DNA from: Eledone cirrhosa
Lineage: Eukaryota
Reading direction: 5' to 3'
NCBI GenBank assembly: GCA_964016885.1
Contig: OZ024744.1
Location: 18,476,001-18,540,000, forward strand
DNA: 64,000 nt
The position numbers and the translations under genes are program-made. Numbering within the stretch: the stretch's first letter is position 1; each line of letters opens with the position of its first letter. Below the pieces are notes generated by a model that saw only the letters and a list, made by a program, of their open reading frames with translations, did no database searches and had not been told where the DNA came from. This document shows, piece by piece, positions 1 to 12,000 of this stretch.

Positions 1-3000
1 TGTCACTGTGTATGTCACTGTTTGTTTGTGTATGTCTGTGTCGCTGTGTGTGTTTCTGTAAGTCTGTGTCACTGTGTATGTCATTGCATCTTTGTGTATG
101 TCTGTGTCACTCTGTATGTCACTGTGTGTTTCTGCATGTCTGTGTCACTGTGTATGTCACTGTGTGTTTCTGTATCTCTGTGTCACTGTCTATGTCACTG
201 TATGTTTCTGAATGTCTGTGTCACTGTGTATGTCACTGTGTATTTCTGTATGTCTGTGTCACGGTGTATGTCATTGTATGTTTGTGTGTGTCTGTGTCAC
301 CGTGTATGTCACTGTGTGTTTGTGTATGTCTGTGTCACTGTATGTTTCTGTATGTCTGTGTCACTGTGTATGTCACTGTGTGTTTCTGTATGTCTGTGTC
401 ACTGTGTATGTCATTGTATCTTTGTGTATGTCTGTGTCACTGTGTATGTCACTGTATGTTTCTGTATGTTTGTGTCACTGTGTATGTCACAGTGTGTTTC
501 TGTATGTCTGTGTCTCTGTGTATGTCACTGTATGTTTCTGTATGTCTGTTTCACTGTGTATGTCACTGTGTCTTTATGTATGTCTGTGTCACTCTGTATG
601 TCACTGTATATTTCTGTATGTCTGTGTCACTGTGTATGTCACTGTATGTTTCTGTACGTCTGTGTCACTGTGTATGTCACTGTATGTTTCTGTATGTCTG
701 TGTCACTGTGTATGTCACTGTATGTTTCTGTATGTCTGTTTCAATGTGTATGTCACTGTGTGTTTCTGTATGTCTGTGTCACTCTGTATGTCACTGTATA
801 TTTCTGTATGTCTGTGTCACTGTGTATGTCACTGTATGTTTCTGTATGTCTATGTCACTGTGTATGTCACTGTGTGTTTCTGTATGTCTGTGTCACTGTA
901 TATGTCACTGTATCTTTGTGTATGCCTGTGTCACTGTTTATGTCACTGTATGTTTCTGTATGTCTGTGTCACTGTGTATGTCACTGTATATTTGTGTATG
1001 TCTGTGTCACTCTGTATGTCACTGTGTGTTTCTGTATGTCTGTGTCACTATGTATGCCACTGTATGTTTGTGTTATCTGTCTCATTGTGTATGTCACTGG
1101 GTGTTTCTGTATGTCTGTGTCACTGTGTATGACACTGTGTGTTTCTGTATGTATGTATCACTGTGTATGTCACTGTGTTTCTGTATGTCTGTGTCACTAT
1201 GTAAGTCATTGTATCTTTGTGTATGTCTGTGGCACTCTGTATGTTGTTGTGTGTTTCTGTATGTATGTGTCTCTGTGTATGTCACTGTATCTTTGTGTAT
1301 GTATGTGTCACTGTTTATGTTACTGTGAGTTTATGTATGTCTGTGTCACTGTGTATGTCACTGTATGTCTATGTATGTCTGTGTCACTGTCTATGTCACT
1401 GTATCTTTGTGTATGTCTGTGTCACTGTGTATGTCACAGTGTGTTTCTGTATATCTGTGTCTCTGTGTATGTCACTGTATCTTTGTGTATGTCTGTGTCA
1501 CTGTGTATGTCACAGTATGTTTCTGTATGTATGTTTCACTGTGTATGTCACTAAATGTTTGTGTGTGTCTGTGTCTCTGTGTATGTCACTGTGTGTTTGC
1601 GTGTGTCTGTGTCACTGTGTATGTCACTGTTTGTTTGTGTATGTCTGTGTCACTGTGTGTGTTTCTGTAAGTCTGTGTCACTGTGTATGTCATTGCATCT
1701 TTGTGTATGTCTGTGTCACTCTGTATGTCACTGTGTGTTTCTGCATGTCTGTGTCACTGTGTATGTCACTGTGTGTTCCTGTATGTCTGTGTCACTGTGT
1801 ATGTCACTGTATGTTTCTGTATGTCTGTTTCACTGTGTATATCACTGTGTGTTTCTGTATGTCTGTGTCACTGTATATGTCACTGTATCTTTGTGTATGC
1901 CTGTGTCACTGTCTATGTCACTGTATGTTTCTGTATGTCTGTTTCACTGTGTATGTCACTGTATATTTGTGTATGTCTGTGTCACTCTGTATGTCACTGT
2001 GTGTTTCTGTATGTCTGTGTCACTATGTATGCCACTGTATGTATGTATCACTGTGTATGTCACTGTGTGTATCTGTATGTCTGTGTCACTGTGTAAGTCA
2101 TTGTATCTTTGTGTATGTCTGTGGCACTCTGTATGTCGTTGTGTGTTTCTGTATGTATGTGTCTCTGTGTATGTCACTGTATATTTGTATATGTATGGGT
2201 CACTGTCTATGTCATGGGAGTTTCTCTATGTCTGTGTCACTGTGTATGTCACTGTATGTCTCTGTATGTCTGTGTCACTGTCTATGTCACTGTATATTTG
2301 TGTATGTCTGTGTCACTGTGTATGTCACTGTATCTTTGTGTATGTCTGCGTCACTGTGTATGTCACTGTGTGTTTCTGTATGTCTGTGTCACTGTGTATG
2401 TCACAGTGTGTTTCTGTATATATGTGTCTCTGTGTATGTCACTGTATCTTTGTGTATGTCTGTGTCACTGTGTTTTTCTGTATGTCTGTGTCACTGCGTA
2501 TGTCACTGTATGTTTGTGTGTGTCTGTGTCACTCTGTATGTCAATGTCTCTGTGTGTTTCTGTATGTCTGTGTCTCTGTGTATGTCACTGTATCTTTGTG
2601 TATGTATGTGTCACTGTGTATGTCACTGTGTGTTTCTGTATGTCTGTGTCACTGTGTATATCACTGTGTGTTTCTGTATATCTGTGTCTCTGTGTATGTC
2701 ACTGTATCTTTGTGTATGTCTGGGTCACTGTGTATGTCACTGTATATTTGTGTATGTCTGTGTCACGGTGTATATCACTGTATATTTGTGTATGTCTGTG
2801 TCACTGTGTATGTCACTGTATGTTTCTGTATGTCTGTGTCACTGTGTATATCAATGTGTGTTTCTGTATCTCTGTGTCACGGTGTATGTCACTGCATGTT
2901 TGTGTATGTCTGTGTCACTGTGTATGTCACTGTGTGTTTCTGTATGTCTGTGTCACTGTGTATGTCATTGTATCTTTGTGTATGTCTGTGTCACTGTGTA

Positions 3001-6000
3001 TGTCACTGTATGTTTCTGTAAGTTTGTGTCACTGTGTATGTCACTGTGTGTTTCTGTATGTCTGTGTCTCTGTGTATGTCACTGTATGTTTCTGTATGTC
3101 TGTTTCACTGTGTATGTCACTGTGTCTTTATGTATGCCTGTGTCACTCTGTATGTCACTGTATATTTCTGTATGTCTGTGTCACTGTGTATGTCACTGTA
3201 TGTTTCTGTATGTTTGTGTCACTGTGTATGTCACTGTATGTTTCTGTATGTCTGTTTCACTGTGTATGTCACTGTGTCTTTATGTATGTCTGTGTCACTC
3301 TGTATGTCACTGTATATTTCTGTATGTCTGTGTCACTGTGTATGTCACTGTATGTTTCTGTATGTCTGTGTCACTGTGTATGTCACTGTATGTTTCTGGA
3401 TGTCTGTGTCACTCTGTATGTCACTGTATATTTCTGTATGTCTGTGTCACTCTGTATGTCACTGTATGTTTCTGTACGTCTGTGTCACTGTGTATGTCAC
3501 TGTATGTTTCTGTATGTCTATGTCACTGTGTATGTCACTCTATGTTTCTGTATGTCTGTTTCAATGTGTATGTCACTGTGTGTTTCTGTATGTCTGTGTC
3601 ACTCTGTATGTCACTGTATATTTCTGTATGTCTGTGTCACTGTGTATGTCACTGTATGTTTCTGTATGTCTGTGTCACTGTGTATGTCACTGGGTGTTTC
3701 TGTATGTCTGTGTCACTGTATATGTCACTGTATCTTTGTGTATGCCTGTGTCACTGTTTATGTCACTGTATGTTTCTGTATGTCTGTTTCACTGTGTATG
3801 TCACTGTATATTTGTGTATGTCTGTGTCACTCTGTATGTCACTGTGTGTTTCTGTATGTCTGTGTCACTATGTATGCCACTGTATGTTTGTGTTATCTGT
3901 GTCATTGTGTATGTCACTGGGTGTTTCTGTATGTCTGTGTCACTGTGTATGACACTGTGTGTTTCTGTATGTATGTATCACTGTGTATGTCACTGTGTTT
4001 CTGTATGTCTGTGTCACTATGTAAGTCATTGTATCTTTGTGTATGTCTGTGCCACTCTGTATGTTGTTGTGTGTTTCTGTATGTATGTGTCTCTGTGTAT
4101 GTCACTGTATCTTTGTGTATGTATGTGTCACTGTGTATGTTACTGTGAGTTTATGTATGTCTGTGTCACTGTGTATGTCACTGTATGTCTATGTATGTCT
4201 GTGTCACTATCTATGTCACTGTATCTTTGTGTATGTCTGTATCACTGTGTATGTCACTGTGTGTTTATGTATGTCTGTGTCTCTGTGTATGTCACTGTAT
4301 CTTTGCGTATGTCTGCGTCACTGTGTATGTCACTGTGTGTTTCTGTATGCCTGTGTCACTGTGTATGTCACAGTGTGTTTCTGTATATCTCTCTCTCTGT
4401 GTATGTCACTGTATCTTTGTGTATGTCTGTGTCACTGTGTATGTCACTGTATGTTTCTGTATGTATGTTTCACTGTGTATGTCACTAAATGTTTGTGTGT
4501 GTCTGTGTCTCTGTGTATGTCACTGTGTGTTTGCGTGTGTCTGTGTCACTGTGTATGTCACTGTTTGTTTGTGTATGTCTGTGTCGCTGTGTGTGTTTCT
4601 GTAAGTCTGTGTCACTGTGTATGTCATTGCATCTTTGTGTATGTCTGTGTCACTCTGTATGTCACTGTGTGTTTCTGCATGTCTGTGTCACTGTGTATGT
4701 CACTGTGTGTTTCTGTATCTCTGTGTCACTGTCTATGTCACTGTATGTTTCTGAATGTCTGTGTCACTGTGTATGTCACTGTGTATTTCTGTATGTCTGT
4801 GTCACGGTGTATGTCATTGTATGTTTGTGTGTGTCTGTGTCACCGTGTATGTCACTGTGTGTTTGTGTATGTCTGTGTCACTGTATGTTTCTGTATGTCT
4901 GTGTCACTGTGTATGTCACTGTGTGTTTCTGTATGTCTGTGTCACTGTGTATGTCATTGTATCTTTGTGTATGTCTGTGTCACTGTGTATGTCACTGTAT
5001 GTTTCTGTATGTTTGTGTCACTGTGTATGTCACAGTGTGTTTCTGTATGTCTGTGTCTCTGTGTATGTCACTGTATGTTTCTGTATGTCTGTTTCACTGT
5101 GTATGTCACTGTGTCTTTATGTATGTCTGTGTCACTCTGTATGTCACTGTATATTTCTGTATGTCTGTGTCACTGTGTATGTCACTGTATGTTTCTGTAC
5201 GTTTGTGTCACTGTGTATGTCACTGTATGTTTCTGTATGTCTGTGTCACTGTGTATGTCACTGTATGTTTCTGTATGTCTGTTTCAATGTGTATGTCACT
5301 GTGTGTTTCTGTATGTCTGTGTCACTCTGTATGTCACTGTATATTTCTGTATGTCTGTGTCACTGTGTATGTCACTGTATGTTTCTGTATGTCTATGTCA
5401 CTGTGTATGTCACTGTGTGTTTCTGTATGTCTGTGTCACTGTATATGTCACTGTATCTTTGTGTATGCCTGTGTCACTGTTTATGTCACTGTATGTTTCT
5501 GTATGTCTGTGTCACTGTGTATGTCACTGTATATTTGTGTATGTCTGTGTCACTCTGTATGTCACTGTGTGTTTCTGTATGTCTGTGTCACTATGTATGC
5601 CACTGTATGTTTGTGTTATCTGTCTCATTGTGTATGTCACTGGGTGTTTCTGTATGTCTGTGTCACTGTGTATGACACTGTGTGTTTCTGTATGTATGTA
5701 TCACTGTGTATGTCACTGTGTTTCTGTATGTCTGTGTCACTATGTAAGTCATTGTATCTTTGTGTATGTCTGTGGCACTCTGTATGTTGTTGTGTGTTTC
5801 TGTATGTATGTGTCTCTGTGTATGTCACTGTATCTTTGTGTATGTATGTGTCACTGTTTATGTTACTGTGAGTTTATGTATGTCTGTGTCACTGTGTATG
5901 TCACTGTATGTCTATGTATGTCTGTGTCACTGTCTATGTCACTGTATCTTTGTGTATGTCTGTGTCACTGTGTATGTCACAGTGTGTTTCTGTATATCTG

Positions 6001-9000
6001 TGTCTCTGTGTATGTCACTGTATCTTTGTGTATGTCTGTGTCACTGTGTATGTCACAGTATGTTTCTGTATGTATGTTTCACTGTGTATGTCACTAAATG
6101 TTTGTGTGTGTCTGTGTCTCTGTGTATGTCACTGTGTGTTTGCGTGTGTCTGTGTCACTGTGTATGTCACTGTTTGTTTGTGTATGTCTGTGTCACTGTG
6201 TGTGTTTCTGTAAGTCTGTGTCACTGTGTATGTCATTGCATCTTTGTGTATGTCTGTGTCACTCTGTATGTCACTGTGTGTTTCTGCATGTCTGTGTCAC
6301 TGTGTATGTCACTGTGTGTTCCTGTATGTCTGTGTCACTGTGTATGTCACTGTATGTTTCTGTATGTCTGTTTCACTGTGTATATCACTGTGTGTTTCTG
6401 TATGTCTGTGTCACTGTATATGTCACTGTATCTTTGTGTATGCCTGTGTCACTGTCTATGTCACTGTATGTTTCTGTATGTCTGTTTCACTGTGTATGTC
6501 ACTGTATATTTGTGTATGTCTGTGTCACTCTGTATGTCACTGTGTGTTTCTGTATGTCTGTGTCACTATGTATGCCACTGTATGTATGTATCACTGTGTA
6601 TGTCACTGTGTGTATCTGTATGTCTGTGTCACTGTGTAAGTCATTGTATCTTTGTGTATGTCTGTGGCACTCTGTATGTCGTTGTGTGTTTCTGTATGTA
6701 TGTGTCTCTGTGTATGTCACTGTATATTTGTATATGTATGGGTCACTGTCTATGTCATGGGAGTTTCTCTATGTCTGTGTCACTGTGTATGTCACTGTAT
6801 GTCTCTGTATGTCTGTGTCACTGTCTATGTCACTGTATATTTGTGTATGTCTGTGTCACTGTGTATGTCACTGTATCTTTGTGTATGTCTGCGTCACTGT
6901 GTATGTCACTGTGTGTTTCTGTATGTCTGTGTCACTGTGTATGTCACAGTGTGTTTCTGTATATATGTGTCTCTGTGTATGTCACTGTATCTTTGTGTAT
7001 GTCTGTGTCACTGTGTTTTTCTGTATGTCTGTGTCACTGCGTATGTCACTGTATGTTTGTGTGTGTCTGTGTCACTCTGTATGTCAATGTCTCTGTGTGT
7101 TTCTGTATGTCTGTGTCTCTGTGTATGTCACTGTATCTTTGTGTATGTATGTGTCACTGTGTATGTCACTGTGTGTTTCTGTATGTCTGTGTCACTGTGT
7201 ATATCACTGTGTGTTTCTGTATATCTGTGTCTCTGTGTATGTCACTGTATCTTTGTGTATGTCTGGGTCACTGTGTATGTCACTGTATATTTGTGTATGT
7301 CTGTGTCACGGTGTATATCACTGTATATTTGTGTATGTCTGTGTCACTGTGTATGTCACTGTATGTTTCTGTATGTCTGTGTCACTGTGTATATCAATGT
7401 GTGTTTCTGTATCTCTGTGTCACGGTGTATGTCACTGCATGTTTGTGTATGTCTGTGTCACTGTGTATGTCACTGTGTGTTTCTGTATGTCTGTGTCACT
7501 GTGTATGTCATTGTATCTTTGTGTATGTCTGTGTCACTGTGTATGTCACTGTATGTTTCTGTAAGTTTGTGTCACTGTGTATGTCACTGTGTGTTTCTGT
7601 ATGTCTGTGTCTCTGTGTATGTCACTGTATGTTTCTGTATGTCTGTTTCACTGTGTATGTCACTGTGTCTTTATGTATGCCTGTGTCACTCTGTATGTCA
7701 CTGTATATTTCTGTATGTCTGTGTCACTGTGTATGTCACTGTATGTTTCTGTATGTTTGTGTCACTGTGTATGTCACTGTATGTTTCTGTATGTCTGTTT
7801 CACTGTGTATGTCACTGTGTCTTTATGTATGTCTGTGTCACTCTGTATGTCACTGTATATTTCTGTATGTCTGTGTCACTGTGTATGTCACTGTATGTTT
7901 CTGTATGTCTGTGTCACTGTGTATGTCACTGTATGTTTCTGGATGTCTGTGTCACTCTGTATGTCACTGTATATTTCTGTATGTCTGTGTCACTCTGTAT
8001 GTCACTGTATGTTTCTGTACGTCTGTGTCACTGTGTATGTCACTGTATGTTTCTGTATGTCTATGTCACTGTGTATGTCACTCTATGTTTCTGTATGTCT
8101 GTTTCAATGTGTATGTCACTGTGTGTTTCTGTATGTCTGTGTCACTCTGTATGTCACTGTATATTTCTGTATGTCTGTGTCACTGTGTATGTCACTGTAT
8201 GTTTCTGTATGTCTGTGTCACTGTGTATGTCACTGGGTGTTTCTGTATGTCTGTGTCACTGTATATGTCACTGTATCTTTGTGTATGCCTGTGTCACTGT
8301 TTATGTCACTGTATGTTTCTGTATGTCTGTTTCACTGTGTATGTCACTGTATATTTGTGTATGTCTGTGTCACTCTGTATGTCACTGTGTGTTTCTGTAT
8401 GTCTGTGTCACTATGTATGCCACTGTATGTTTGTGTTATCTGTGTCATTGTGTATGTCACTGGGTGTTTCTGTATGTCTGTGTCACTGTGTATGACACTG
8501 TGTGTTTCTGTATGTATGTATCACTGTGTATGTCACTGTGTTTCTGTATGTCTGTGTCACTATGTAAGTCATTGTATCTTTGTGTATGTCTGTGCCACTC
8601 TGTATGTTGTTGTGTGTTTCTGTATGTATGTGTCTCTGTGTATGTCACTGTATCTTTGTGTATGTATGTGTCACTGTGTATGTTACTGTGAGTTTATGTA
8701 TGTCTGTGTCACTGTGTATGTCACTGTATGTCTATGTATGTCTGTGTCACTATCTATGTCACTGTATCTTTGTGTATGTCTGTATCACTGTGTATGTCAC
8801 TGTGTGTTTATGTATGTCTGTGTCTCTGTGTATGTCACTGTATCTTTGCGTATGTCTGCGTCACTGTGTATGTCACTGTGTGTTTCTGTATGCCTGTGTC
8901 ACTGTGTATGTCACAGTGTGTTTCTGTATATCTCTCTCTCTGTGTATGTCACTGTATCTTTGTGTATGTCTGTGTCACTGTGTATGTCACTGTATGTTTC

Positions 9001-12000
9001 TGTATGTATGTTTCACTGTGTATGTCACTAAATGTTTGTGTGTGTCTGTGTCTCTGTGTATGTCACTGTGTGTTTGCGTGTGTCTGTGTCACTGTGTATG
9101 TCACTGTTTGTTTGTGTATGTCTGTGTCGCTGTGTGTGTTTCTGTAAGTCTGTGTCACTGTGTATGTCATTGCATCTTTGTGTATGTCTGTGTCACTCTG
9201 TATGTCACTGTGTGTTTCTGCATGTCTGTGTCACTGTGTATGTCACTGTGTGTTTCTGTATCTCTGTGTCACTGTCTATGTCACTGTATGTTTCTGAATG
9301 TCTGTGTCACTGTGTATGTCACTGTGTATTTCTGTATGTCTGTGTCACGGTGTATGTCATTGTATGTTTGTGTGTGTCTGTGTCACCGTGTATGTCACTG
9401 TGTGTTTGTGTATGTCTGTGTCACTGTATGTTTCTGTATGTCTGTGTCACTGTGTATGTCACTGTGTGTTTCTGTATGTCTGTGTCACTGTGTATGTCAT
9501 TGTATCTTTGTGTATGTCTGTGTCACTGTGTATGTCACTGTATGTTTCTGTATGTTTGTGTCACTGTGTATGTCACAGTGTGTTTCTGTATGTCTGTGTC
9601 TCTGTGTATGTCACTGTATGTTTCTGTATGTCTGTTTCACTGTGTATGTCACTGTGTCTTTATGTATGTCTGTGTCACTCTGTATGTCACTGTATATTTC
9701 TGTATGTCTGTGTCACTGTGTATGTCACTGTATGTTTCTGTACGTCTGTGTCACTGTGTATGTCACTGTATGTTTCTGTATGTCTGTGTCACTGTGTATG
9801 TCACTGTATGTTTCTGTATGTCTGTTTCAATGTGTATGTCACTGTGTGTTTCTGTATGTCTGTGTCACTCTGTATGTCACTGTATATTTCTGTATGTCTG
9901 TGTCACTGTGTATGTCACTGTATGTTTCTGTATGTCTATGTCACTGTGTATGTCACTGTGTGTTTCTGTATGTCTGTGTCACTGTATATGTCACTGTATC
10001 TTTGTGTATGCCTGTGTCACTGTTTATGTCACTGTATGTTTCTGTATGTCTGTGTCACTGTGTATGTCACTGTATATTTGTGTATGTCTGTGTCACTCTG
10101 TATGTCACTGTGTGTTTCTGTATGTCTGTGTCACTATGTATGCCACTGTATGTTTGTGTTATCTGTCTCATTGTGTATGTCACTGGGTGTTTCTGTATGT
10201 CTGTGTCACTGTGTATGACACTGTGTGTTTCTGTATGTATGTATCACTGTGTATGTCACTGTGTTTCTGTATGTCTGTGTCACTATGTAAGTCATTGTAT
10301 CTTTGTGTATGTCTGTGGCACTCTGTATGTTGTTGTGTGTTTCTGTATGTATGTGTCTCTGTGTATGTCACTGTATCTTTGTGTATGTATGTGTCACTGT
10401 TTATGTTACTGTGAGTTTATGTATGTCTGTGTCACTGTGTATGTCACTGTATGTCTATGTATGTCTGTGTCACTGTCTATGTCACTGTATCTTTGTGTAT
10501 GTCTGTGTCACTGTGTATGTCACAGTGTGTTTCTGTATATCTGTGTCTCTGTGTATGTCACTGTATCTTTGTGTATGTCTGTGTCACTGTGTATGTCACA
10601 GTATGTTTCTGTATGTATGTTTCACTGTGTATGTCACTAAATGTTTGTGTGTGTCTGTGTCTCTGTGTATGTCACTGTGTGTTTGCGTGTGTCTGTGTCA
10701 CTGTGTATGTCACTGTTTGTTTGTGTATGTCTGTGTCACTGTGTGTGTTTCTGTAAGTCTGTGTCACTGTGTATGTCATTGCATCTTTGTGTATGTCTGT
10801 GTCACTCTGTATGTCACTGTGTGTTTCTGCATGTCTGTGTCACTGTGTATGTCACTGTGTGTTCCTGTATGTCTGTGTCACTGTGTATGTCACTGTATGT
10901 TTCTGTATGTCTGTTTCACTGTGTATATCACTGTGTGTTTCTGTATGTCTGTGTCACTGTATATGTCACTGTATCTTTGTGTATGCCTGTGTCACTGTCT
11001 ATGTCACTGTATGTTTCTGTATGTCTGTTTCACTGTGTATGTCACTGTATATTTGTGTATGTCTGTGTCACTCTGTATGTCACTGTGTGTTTCTGTATGT
11101 CTGTGTCACTATGTATGCCACTGTATGTATGTATCACTGTGTATGTCACTGTGTGTATCTGTATGTCTGTGTCACTGTGTAAGTCATTGTATCTTTGTGT
11201 ATGTCTGTGGCACTCTGTATGTCGTTGTGTGTTTCTGTATGTATGTGTCTCTGTGTATGTCACTGTATATTTGTATATGTATGGGTCACTGTCTATGTCA
11301 TGGGAGTTTCTCTATGTCTGTGTCACTGTGTATGTCACTGTATGTCTCTGTATGTCTGTGTCACTGTCTATGTCACTGTATATTTGTGTATGTCTGTGTC
11401 ACTGTGTATGTCACTGTATCTTTGTGTATGTCTGCGTCACTGTGTATGTCACTGTGTGTTTCTGTATGTCTGTGTCACTGTGTATGTCACAGTGTGTTTC
11501 TGTATATATGTGTCTCTGTGTATGTCACTGTATCTTTGTGTATGTCTGTGTCACTGTGTTTTTCTGTATGTCTGTGTCACTGCGTATGTCACTGTATGTT
11601 TGTGTGTGTCTGTGTCACTCTGTATGTCAATGTCTCTGTGTGTTTCTGTATGTCTGTGTCTCTGTGTATGTCACTGTATCTTTGTGTATGTATGTGTCAC
11701 TGTGTATGTCACTGTGTGTTTCTGTATGTCTGTGTCACTGTGTATATCACTGTGTGTTTCTGTATATCTGTGTCTCTGTGTATGTCACTGTATCTTTGTG
11801 TATGTCTGGGTCACTGTGTATGTCACTGTATATTTGTGTATGTCTGTGTCACGGTGTATATCACTGTATATTTGTGTATGTCTGTGTCACTGTGTATGTC
11901 ACTGTATGTTTCTGTATGTCTGTGTCACTGTGTATATCAATGTGTGTTTCTGTATCTCTGTGTCACGGTGTATGTCACTGCATGTTTGTGTATGTCTGTG

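Noticed and set aside
509-516. TGTCTC auxin-response-element-like motifs and other short transcription-factor sites
   Set aside because: These are single-base variants of the TGTCAC repeat with no gene or promoter context, and the host is unknown.
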